Assembly (NCBI GenBank): GCA_049510745.1
Contig: JBEKYR010000043.1
Coordinates: 1 to 46,219, forward strand
DNA from: Verrucomicrobiota bacterium
Lineage (GTDB): Bacteria > Verrucomicrobiota > Verrucomicrobiia > Limisphaerales > Palsa-1400
Direction of reading: 5' to 3'
Length of the DNA: 46,219 bases
Shown here: positions 19,476 to 27,816 of the stretch, piece after piece
Numbering within the stretch: position 1 is the first letter of the stretch
How the letters are laid out: each line of letters begins with the position of its first letter
The notes under the pieces: generated by a model
Databases searched by the model: none
The model's input: only the letters and a program-made list of their open reading frames with translations
What the model was told of the DNA's origin: nothing
Translations under genes and position numbers: made by a program

Positions 19476-22400
19476 ATGAACATCTCAGTGTCCGCGAACG
19501 CTGCCCGCAGCGCGCGCCGCGGTGTCCGGCTGCGCCTGGTATTGACTGGAACCACGGCGCTCCTCACAGCGATGACCGCCGGGTGGTTTGCCCCGGAGGC
19601 GAGCGCCGGCGAGACGCCGCCCGCGGCGGAGTTGACCAACAAAACAGGGAGTTTTGAATACAGCCAGCCCGGGGGGCGGCACGGGGCCGACGCCGGGCTT
19701 CCGTTTCCCATGTTTGTCGGCGATCAGATATGGACCCGGACCAACAGCACGGCGGTGGTGTTGATGCGCAACGTGGGCGCCTCGATCAAGTTGAGAGAGT
19801 TGAGTTCCCTAAAAATCCTGCCGCCCGAGAATGATTCCAGCCCGATTATCAACCTGCTCAAAGGCGCGCTCTATTTTTTTAGCCGGGAGCGGTCTTCGGC
19901 GCCGTCGTTCCGGACTCCGTTCGCCACCGGGGCGCATATCGGAACGGAGTTCGTGCTGGTGGTCGAGGAAGAGCGAACGCTGCTGCAGGCGCTGGATGGA
20001 GTGGCGAAGCTGAGCAACGAACAAGGCGCGCTTGAACTGCGCCGCGGCGAAGTGGGAGAGGCCCGGAAAGGGAGGCCGCCGGTGAAAATTCGCCTTGAGG
20101 CAACGAACATCGTCCAATGGTGGCTCTACTATCCCGGCGCTCTCGACGTCGATGAAGTCAGTTTTTCGCCGTCGGAAAGAGCGGCCTATGCGCAGTCCAT
20201 CGACGCCTACCGGCTCGGAGATTTGGCGGGCGCGCTCGCCGCCTTGCCCGGTTCCCCCTCTTCCATCGAGCCGATGACGGACTCCGGGCGCGTCTTCCTG
20301 TCGGCGCTCTACTTGGCGGCCGGCGGCGTGGACAAGGCGGAAAGGCTGCTGGACAAAGCGGACGCGGCATCCTCGACGGCAGCGTCTCTGCGCTGGGTGA
20401 TCGCGGCCGCGCAGGGGAATCTGGAGCGACCTCCCGCGGTTGGAAGATCGGCCAGCGAATGGCTTGGATTGTCCTATTATTACGAGGCTCGACATGAATT
20501 GAAAAAGGCGCTGGAGGCAGCCTATTGGTCCCTTGGAACGGAAACCAACTTCGGATTTGGGCTGGAACGGGTGGCGGAACTGGAGTTCAGCTTTGGCCAT
20601 GTCGGGAAAGCGAAAGCGGCCTTGAACGAGAGCCTCAGGGCAGCCCCGCGCAACGCCCAGGCCCACGCCTTGATGGGATTCCTCGACAGCGCGGAAAACA
20701 GTGTAAAGCAAGCCCGGAGCGAATTTGAGCAGGCCATCCGTCTGGACCCCAACCTTGGCAACGCGTGGCTGGGGCGGGGCCTGGTGAAAATCAGGAGCGG
20801 CGAGGCGGCGGCGGGCAGAATGGATTTGCAAATGGCGGCCATTCTGGAGCCAAACAGATCATTGTTTCGCAGTTACCTGGGCAAGGCATTTGGCGACGCG
20901 GGCAAGGACGCCCCAGCGGCCGCGGAATTGCAGCGGGCGGAAGGACTGGACGCGAAAGACCCCACTCCCTGGCTCTACTCTGCGCTCCAGGAACAGCAGC
21001 AAAACCGGGTCAACCCGGCCATTTATGATTTGCAAGCCGCCCAAACCAACAACGACAATCGGATGGTGTTTCGGTCGCAACTGTTGCTGGACGAAGATCG
21101 CGCCGTGACCGGCGCCAATCTGGCCTCCGTTTACCGCGATGCCGGCATGACCGGGGTGAGTGTGCGTGAGGCCGCGCGGGCGGTGACAGACGACTACGCA
21201 AACGATTCAGCTCATTTGTTTCTGGCGGACAGCTTCTACGATTTGCGGGATCCGACCCAATTCAACCTGCGTTACGAAACGGTTTGGTTCAACGAACTGC
21301 TCCTGGCCAATGTGTTGGCTCCGGTGGGAGGCGGCCGCCTTTCCCAGGAGGTTTCGCAGCAGGAATACTCCAAACTTTTCGAGGCGGACGGTCTTCATCT
21401 TGCCAGTTCCACCGACGCGCGGTCGGATGGAATGTTTCATCAACTGGCCTCGCAATATGGCACGTTCGGGAACACTTCCTACGCGCTCGACCTGGATTAT
21501 CACCACAACAACGGCGTTCGCGTGAACAACGCTCTCGATGATATTGAGTGGAATACCACCATGAAGCAGCAAATTACTCCCCGTGACACCGCCATGCTGC
21601 TGGTCCAATACCAGGATTATCATTCCGGAGACAATTTCCAGTACTACTATCAAACCAACGCGCGGTCGTTCTACAAATTCGACGAACAGCAGCAGCCAAT
21701 TTTAGTCGGCGCATGGCATCATGAGTGGGGCCCCGGCATCCATACCGTGCTCTTGGTTGGCAGGCTGGTGGACGATCAGCAATTCAGCGATCGGGCCGCG
21801 CCGCAATTGCTCTTCGCCGAACGCCAGTCGGGAGCCATCTATGGGGCGAACGCGGTGCCTTTCGACGTGAGCTATAATGAAGACTTCGAGATTTACTCCG
21901 CTGAATTGAATCAAATCTGCCAGTGGGACCGTGTTACTTTGCTGGCGGGCGGCCGTTACCAATCCGGCGAGTTCCACACGCAAGATCGGTTTAGCAATCC
22001 GCCGTCCGGCCTTTCCCCTTTGTTCACCCAATCCGGGGCCTACAGCGGCGACACGACTGGTCTTTTCCAGCGCGTTACCGGTTATTCCTATCTGACCGTC
22101 GAGCCGCTGGATCATCTCTGGCTCACCGGCGGCGTGGCGGCTGAAGATGAAAAATTCCCCTATTACTTTCGCAACCCACCCATCACTTCGGGGGAAGACA
22201 CCCGGTCCCAAGTCGGCCCCAAGGCGGCCCTGGTCTGGAGTCCCCTTCCAGAAGCAACCGTGCGCGGTATTTATACCCGCTCCCTGGGGGGCGTCAGTCT
22301 CGATGAAAGTTACCGTCTGGAGCCTACCGAACTGGCTGGGTTTCCCCAAGCCTTCCGCAGCCTTATTTCCGAGTCGATTGTTGGCTCGCAATCGGCCCCT

Positions 22401-23018
22401 ACGTTTGACACCTTGGGTGCGGCGCTTGACCTGAAATTGGGACGCCGCACTTATGCCGGAATCCAGTTCGAGCAACTAGGGTCCGATGTCAACCAGGGCA
22501 TCGGCGATTTGGCGCTGCCCGATGGCAGGGTTCCAGCCATTGTTTCCTCCACTGAGGAACTGTTGCATTACACCGAGAACACCTTCTCCGTGAGCCTGAA
22601 CCAGCTTCTCGGTGACGATCTCGTTCTTGGCGCCGCATATAAGATCACCCAATCCGACCTGCACGATGAGCTGCCCGACATCCCGGTCTCAGCCCTGGCG
22701 ACGGCCAATCAAACGCTGAAGGCCAGCCTCCAGGAGGTCGATAGCTACGTCCTATTCAACCATCCGTCAGGCTTTTTTGCCCGGGTCGAGGCACACTGGT
22801 ATGGCCAGCATAATTCCGGCTGGACGCCGGCCGAACCTGACGTCAGTTTCGTCCAGGAGAACCTCTTTGCCGGCTGCCGCTTCGAGCACCGGCGGGCGGA
22901 GTTGCAGCTCGGCCTCCTGAATCTTTCCGGCGGAGGCTACAATTTGAACCCGCTCACCGTCTATCAGGAATTGCCCCGCAAGCGGGTGTTTGAAGCGAGG
23001 TTGAACTTCATTTTCTGA
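19476..23018 (+). CDS. FecR-like + TPR + outer-membrane beta-barrel protein (NsrA-like architecture)
   Basis: Signal peptide; FecR-like GDQIWT..TPFATGAHIGTEF; TPRs (AIRLDPNLGNAWLGRG, RSYLGKAF, DPTPWLY); amphipathic beta strands ending in RLNFIF (BAM beta-signal). Confidence 0.85.
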   Translation: MNISVSANAARSARRGVRLRLVLTGTTALLTAMTAGWFAPEASAGETPPAAELTNKTGSFEYSQPGGRHGADAGLPFPMFVGDQIWTRTNSTAVVLMRNVGASIKLRELSSLKILPPENDSSPIINLLKGALYFFSRERSSAPSFRTPFATGAHIGTEFVLVVEEERTLLQALDGVAKLSNEQGALELRRGEVGEARKGRPPVKIRLEATNIVQWWLYYPGALDVDEVSFSPSERAAYAQSIDAYRLGDLAGALAALPGSPSSIEPMTDSGRVFLSALYLAAGGVDKAERLLDKADAASSTAASLRWVIAAAQGNLERPPAVGRSASEWLGLSYYYEARHELKKALEAAYWSLGTETNFGFGLERVAELEFSFGHVGKAKAALNESLRAAPRNAQAHALMGFLDSAENSVKQARSEFEQAIRLDPNLGNAWLGRGLVKIRSGEAAAGRMDLQMAAILEPNRSLFRSYLGKAFGDAGKDAPAAAELQRAEGLDAKDPTPWLYSALQEQQQNRVNPAIYDLQAAQTNNDNRMVFRSQLLLDEDRAVTGANLASVYRDAGMTGVSVREAARAVTDDYANDSAHLFLADSFYDLRDPTQFNLRYETVWFNELLLANVLAPVGGGRLSQEVSQQEYSKLFEADGLHLASSTDARSDGMFHQLASQYGTFGNTSYALDLDYHHNNGVRVNNALDDIEWNTTMKQQITPRDTAMLLVQYQDYHSGDNFQYYYQTNARSFYKFDEQQQPILVGAWHHEWGPGIHTVLLVGRLVDDQQFSDRAAPQLLFAERQSGAIYGANAVPFDVSYNEDFEIYSAELNQICQWDRVTLLAGGRYQSGEFHTQDRFSNPPSGLSPLFTQSGAYSGDTTGLFQRVTGYSYLTVEPLDHLWLTGGVAAEDEKFPYYFRNPPITSGEDTRSQVGPKAALVWSPLPEATVRGIYTRSLGGVSLDESYRLEPTELAGFPQAFRSLISESIVGSQSAPTFDTLGAALDLKLGRRTYAGIQFEQLGSDVNQGIGDLALPDGRVPAIVSSTEELLHYTENTFSVSLNQLLGDDLVLGAAYKITQSDLHDELPDIPVSALATANQTLKASLQEVDSYVLFNHPSGFFARVEAHWYGQHNSGWTPAEPDVSFVQENLFAGCRFEHRRAELQLGLLNLSGGGYNLNPLTVYQELPRKRVFEARLNFIF

Positions 23019-23024
23019 CCGCGC

Positions 23025-24176
23025 TCATCGCCCCTGCCTGGCCTGCGCCGCGAAGCCTTCCAGCCGTTGAATTACTGTCCGCAACTCCGGCGCCACATTG
23101 GCAAAGCGCGGGTCGGCCAGCCATTCCTGCGCGACGGCCAGCGACTGGGCATCGCGGCTTATCAACGCGTCGTGGTCGGGCGTTGTGTTCTGGGTCAGCA
23201 GGTTGGGCGAGATCATGTAATTGGCGTTTGGATACACGCCGGCAAACGCATTGACCTCGGCGGCGCTGATGGCGGGGTTGAGCAAGTAGCTTTCCAGGAC
23301 TTGTCGTTGCTGCGGGTCGCGCACATCGGCGCGGGCGAAATAATCCGCTCGCGTCGATTCCCGGCCCTGCATCAGATCCGGCGCGGCCTCGAGCGCCGCC
23401 AGCATGGTTGACGGGTTGTTGATGACCAGCCTGTCCAGGGCCAGGAAAGACGCATGTGCCACGGCGGAATTGTCCTGCTGGCGGACCGAGCTCGAGAGCG
23501 CCGGCAGGAGATCCGTGCCGCCGAGAAAGACGGCCACGTCGAAGGCTTCCAGGTATCCGACGGATGGATTTTGCTGCCAGGGCGCGTACTGGAGCATGGC
23601 GGCCGTTTTCTGTTCCAACAGCGCGCGGCCCGCGGCGCTGGCGTCACCCGAGGCCAGGTTGCGCAAAGCCACGGCCCACTCATCCGGTGAATCCATGCTT
23701 GACAGAATTATTTTGGAAGACTCGGCGGCGGCGGCGGGATCGAGCCGCGCCAATTCGTCCAGCAGGAACGTTCGCAGGGTGGGAGCCTCGTCCAGCATGC
23801 CGTTGGACGCGAGCTTGAACCCCAAATGGGTGGGCGCATCGCTTTTTGAATCGAGGAACTGGCGGATGGCGGCCACGGCTTTGTTGACGGGCATGGCGGC
23901 CAGGGACTGGCGCAAGGCCGCCAATTGCTGTCGTGTGATGGCGGCGTTGGAGGCCGAGCGCAACGCGTCACATGCTGCCGGTAGCGCGGGAACACGGGCC
24001 AAAGGGGGCGGCGTGGTTTGCGGGGAGTTTTGCCCCGGCGAAGAAGGCGCTGACATACGAGGCTTGAGCGAGGCGTCAGTTTGAGGACGCGCAAACCAAG
24101 AGGCCAACGCCAGCGCCACCGCCACGGCAGCCAAACTCAACAAGAGCCATTTTGGATTTGTTTTTGGCGATTTCAT
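23025..24176 (-). CDS. Membrane-anchored or exported helical hypothetical protein
   Basis: 383-aa ORF with N-terminal hydrophobic helix, Pro-rich linker and Ala/Leu helical body; convergent with the barrel gene (6 nt gap). Confidence 0.7.
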   Translation of the reverse strand: MKSPKTNPKWLLLSLAAVAVALALASWFARPQTDASLKPRMSAPSSPGQNSPQTTPPPLARVPALPAACDALRSASNAAITRQQLAALRQSLAAMPVNKAVAAIRQFLDSKSDAPTHLGFKLASNGMLDEAPTLRTFLLDELARLDPAAAAESSKIILSSMDSPDEWAVALRNLASGDASAAGRALLEQKTAAMLQYAPWQQNPSVGYLEAFDVAVFLGGTDLLPALSSSVRQQDNSAVAHASFLALDRLVINNPSTMLAALEAAPDLMQGRESTRADYFARADVRDPQQRQVLESYLLNPAISAAEVNAFAGVYPNANYMISPNLLTQNTTPDHDALISRDAQSLAVAQEWLADPRFANVAPELRTVIQRLEGFAAQARQGR

Positions 24177-24295
24177 CTCCGTGCCGGTTTGCTTTGTTTA
24201 TTAGGAGGAAGAACGCAGCAAGGCGCAAGCATAATTGTCTGAATTTGCTCGTTGACGGGCTTCTCCGGAAGCGGTATGTAATTATGTGCATTTGT

Positions 24296-24994
24296 ATGCG
24301 TTACGAGCGACTCCAGGCGAAGTCAGGAGTTTTCTCAGGAGTGTCCCTGATGATCGCTTTTAGCGTTGGCCGAGTTCTTTGCGCGAGTGTCATGGCTGCA
24401 GATGCAACAACGGACGCCGCCGAAATCCAGGCGGTCAAACAGGCGGCGCAAGAGGCCACCAAGATTTTTTATCCACGGGCCGAGAAGCGCAAGCCGGTCT
24501 ATGGATTTGCCGAGGCGGACAACCTGGCATCGGCCGTCTTGGGAGAGCCGGCCAGACTTTTCTTCATCGACGACAAGGATGTTCAGGCCTATCACGATGG
24601 GCAGGCTTTGGATGGCATTCTCAAGCCGGCCGGGGAGTGGTTTGTCCCTGTGGCCATTGGCGGAACCAATCGAGCCATGCTCGGTGTCAAGGACGCTGGC
24701 GACGGCAAATGGATTGGTGCGACCTTTGGCATGGCGCCCCTGGCCCGCAAATGGCAGAGCATTCAAGCCTGGTGGCCATCCTCCGGAAAGTTTACCCCGC
24801 AGCTCGTGATCTGTCCGCCCGCGGAAGGCTATTACTTCACAGTTCCGCAGATTCAACCCCCGAACCTGACGCCGCTGGCCAGTCTTTCAGCCACGGCGAG
24901 CATTTCCGGGCAGGCGCCCAAGCCGGTGTTGGCGCCCGCCGGGGATAGTCTCCGCCCCGTGCAGAAAATGTTGGAAGCGCGGGGCGGCCCTTAA
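24296..24994 (+). CDS. Exported hypothetical protein, partner of the downstream papain-like peptidase (start uncertain)
   Basis: Signal-like segment ending ASVMA-AD; ends 27 nt before the peptidase gene; TTGACG promoter-like element at 24252. Confidence 0.6.
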   Translation: MRYERLQAKSGVFSGVSLMIAFSVGRVLCASVMAADATTDAAEIQAVKQAAQEATKIFYPRAEKRKPVYGFAEADNLASAVLGEPARLFFIDDKDVQAYHDGQALDGILKPAGEWFVPVAIGGTNRAMLGVKDAGDGKWIGATFGMAPLARKWQSIQAWWPSSGKFTPQLVICPPAEGYYFTVPQIQPPNLTPLASLSATASISGQAPKPVLAPAGDSLRPVQKMLEARGGP

Positions 24995-25021
24995 CACAAC
25001 AAAATCAACCCCAAAAAGCCT

Positions 25022-26956
25022 ATGAGAAAAGCCTGTTTGACCGTCGCCATCGTGGCAAGCTTGTTCGGAACCTCGCGGCCGGCCACCGCCCTCACCTTGG
25101 CAGGTGTCCCGTATTATTCACAAACGCAGACCTACTGGTGTTGGGCCGCGTGCAGTGAAATGGTCCTGGGATATTACGGAACAAACGTGTCGCAGACCGA
25201 CATTGCCCAGTACGGATCGGACGGAGCCGATGTTCCAAACTATTTGACAGGAACCCATGCCGCGAGCGGCACGACCCCGACCCTCAACGGCGTTGATCTG
25301 ATTCTGCGGAATTTTGGGACTGTTGGCTCCACCTTCTACAACAACGCGCTGTCGGCCGCGCAACTGCAGACGGAAATCACTTCGTCAAACCTGGCCATTA
25401 TTGGACTGGGATGGTGTTCCAACCCAAAAGGAAAGTTCGTCTGGAACGGCGGCGGCCACGTCATTGTCGCATATGGTTTCGACGGCACCACGGTGGATAT
25501 CGATGATCCCGCGCCTGAAAATGGCCAGTTTATGGAACTCTATACGACGTTGCTGGGTGGTCCTGCGGGGACGTATCGCCCCACCTCCGACCGGTTTATG
25601 TGGGTCCAAACCCTGGTGACGGCGTCCTCCATTGACGCGGTGATACAAATTGATTCAACCGGCAGCATGGGTGATGAAATTACCGCCGTCATGCCTGAAG
25701 CCATTGCGATCGCCAACAACATCTTTACCAGCTTTCGTGACGCGCGGGTTGCGGTGGTGGACTATAAGGACAACCCGGATTATTCAGGCGATGAAGAGAA
25801 TCCTACTGACTACATTTCCTTTACCGACCAGACGTTCACCACCAATATGGCCGACATTGTCAGGGCCATCAATGCCATCGGCCCTAAAGTAACTCCCGGC
25901 AGCGGCGGCGACCTACCCGAGGCGGTATATTCGGCGCTTTACAACACCTTGGAAGGGGGCGCTTCGCTGGAGGGCGGATTCACCAACGCCGTGCTAAGCA
26001 CCAATGTGGGAGGCTGGCGGGCAGACCCAGTCAAGCGGATGATTATTAACATCGGCGACGCGGGGGGCCACGATCCAGTCGAGCCTTGGGCTGGGGGCCA
26101 TTCGATTGCCGATGTGGTGGCGCTGGCGTCAACTCCCGGATTTCTCATCAGCATTGATACGATCCCCTGCGCGGTGGATTTTGGCTCCAGTTACGACCCC
26201 CAATGCATCGCGGATTTTGCGGCGCTTTCCGCGGGCAGCGGGGGGGCCAGCCTGCCCGCTGGCAACGCGGGCGAATTGCTGAGCAATATCACACAGGTTA
26301 TTCAGCAGAATTCCGCGTCTGACCGTGCGCCGAGCGGCTCGGTGGCGGCAATCGAGCCTGTCTTCAAGTTTAGCTTCGATGGAAGCGGGATGTTTGCCCC
26401 CCCCAGCTACTACGAAATTCAGGTCCTTCATTCCAACGCCCACAAAGGAACCTTTTCCACCTACATCTCCGCTCACGTGCCCACCAACCACTACGTGCCC
26501 AAAAGCCCGATGCCCACCAACACCTACCGCTGGCGCATTGGCTTCGCCCAACCGGCCTCCAAAATCATCTCGGCCGATGGTAAAAAGCTGGGAACCTTTC
26601 CCGCCAGAGTTGTTTATGACAATGCGTACAGTGAGTTTCAGCGTGAACCAGTTCTGCCAGGGGCGGCGGTAGCACTCACGCCCAGCGCCAGCTTTGCAGC
26701 CACGAATGCAACGATGTTCTACAGTTGGACGGCAGGCATCAGCGCCACATCTTACTCCGTGGCGATCTACGCTTTCCACGCCAAAAAGGACGTGTACAAG
26801 CTCTGGAAACGCGTCACCGTCAAGCCTCCGGCGAAAAATCCCACGGAGGCAACGCTCTCCGTCAAGGTCGGCGGCCATAAGAAGGGCGCTGAGTACGAGT
26901 GGACGGTCGAATCCTTGAACTACGATCATCCCAAACCGACTCTGACGACCGAGTAG
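25022..26956 (+). CDS. Secreted C39-like (papain-fold) cysteine peptidase + vWA domain + C-terminal beta-sandwich domains
   Basis: Signal peptide; YYSQTQTYWCWAACSEM (Gln/Cys), GGHVIVAYG (His), IDDP (Asp); vWA IDSTGSM, YKD, GGDLPEA, IGDA. Confidence 0.8.
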   Translation: MRKACLTVAIVASLFGTSRPATALTLAGVPYYSQTQTYWCWAACSEMVLGYYGTNVSQTDIAQYGSDGADVPNYLTGTHAASGTTPTLNGVDLILRNFGTVGSTFYNNALSAAQLQTEITSSNLAIIGLGWCSNPKGKFVWNGGGHVIVAYGFDGTTVDIDDPAPENGQFMELYTTLLGGPAGTYRPTSDRFMWVQTLVTASSIDAVIQIDSTGSMGDEITAVMPEAIAIANNIFTSFRDARVAVVDYKDNPDYSGDEENPTDYISFTDQTFTTNMADIVRAINAIGPKVTPGSGGDLPEAVYSALYNTLEGGASLEGGFTNAVLSTNVGGWRADPVKRMIINIGDAGGHDPVEPWAGGHSIADVVALASTPGFLISIDTIPCAVDFGSSYDPQCIADFAALSAGSGGASLPAGNAGELLSNITQVIQQNSASDRAPSGSVAAIEPVFKFSFDGSGMFAPPSYYEIQVLHSNAHKGTFSTYISAHVPTNHYVPKSPMPTNTYRWRIGFAQPASKIISADGKKLGTFPARVVYDNAYSEFQREPVLPGAAVALTPSASFAATNATMFYSWTAGISATSYSVAIYAFHAKKDVYKLWKRVTVKPPAKNPTEATLSVKVGGHKKGAEYEWTVESLNYDHPKPTLTTE

Positions 26957-26958
26957 CG

Positions 26959-27816
26959 ATGAAAAAACTGTGCGGCATTGCGGTGCTTTTGGCGGTGGCG
27001 ATTGTCTGCTTGCGACAGCGGCAGGCAACCCCTGATCCAGAGGGGCGGTTTGGGACGGCGGTCCCGGCGGCCAATCCAGCGCCATCGTCCGGGCCAATCG
27101 TCCCGGAAACGGAAACCTCCGCTCCGGCTGTGCAACCCTCCGAGCAGATAGTTGATGAGGGCAGCGCCATTGCGCCGGCGGTTTCCAGCGCCGCAGCCGA
27201 TGCGGCTGACGCATCCGCGGCGGTGGCCGGTTCCTCGGTGGCGTCGCGGGAAAGGCATGGCAAATTGAATTCACCGCAAAAACCGTTGACCGCGGAAACC
27301 GCCTATCTGGCGACCCTGCCGCCGGTCGAAACGATCGTGCTGGAGGAGGAGGAAAACGGCCAGGTGATCTTTCAAGCAGACCCCGCGACGATGGGGCCAG
27401 ACGGCTTTCCTCTGCTTTTGCAAGCGGCGATGGAAAAGCCGGACGAAGTCGCGGCCGTCGATTTGGTGGCGATGTTCCAGTCGGAGGAAAGCGCCGAAAC
27501 CAAGCTGGAAATCCTTAGTGCGTCAAGTTTGCTGGAGCCGGATCAAAACACGCAAAAACTCCTGGAACTGGCGCTCGGTCCTGATCAACCGCAGGAACTG
27601 CGCATTGCGGCCGTGGCGTACATGGCTGATCAAGATCCCTCCAAGCTGGCTTCCTATTTCCACGACTCCGACCCGGATGTGAGCCTTGAGGCGCAAAGTG
27701 CCTATGAGAGGCTTAGCCTGCCCGCGCCGACCACAATCATTGGGTACCAGGCGCAGCCCCCGCCACAAAATCTGGCCACTCCCCCTGACTCGATAAATTA
27801 TGTTCGCACGCATTAG
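26959..27816 (+). CDS. Membrane-anchored acidic protein with HEAT-like C-terminus
   Basis: MKKLCGIAVLLAVAIVC N-terminus; ELRIAAV..DSDPDVSLEA HEAT-like motifs; 2 nt after the upstream stop, overlaps the downstream start. Confidence 0.65.
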   Translation: MKKLCGIAVLLAVAIVCLRQRQATPDPEGRFGTAVPAANPAPSSGPIVPETETSAPAVQPSEQIVDEGSAIAPAVSSAAADAADASAAVAGSSVASRERHGKLNSPQKPLTAETAYLATLPPVETIVLEEEENGQVIFQADPATMGPDGFPLLLQAAMEKPDEVAAVDLVAMFQSEESAETKLEILSASSLLEPDQNTQKLLELALGPDQPQELRIAAVAYMADQDPSKLASYFHDSDPDVSLEAQSAYERLSLPAPTTIIGYQAQPPPQNLATPPDSINYVRTH

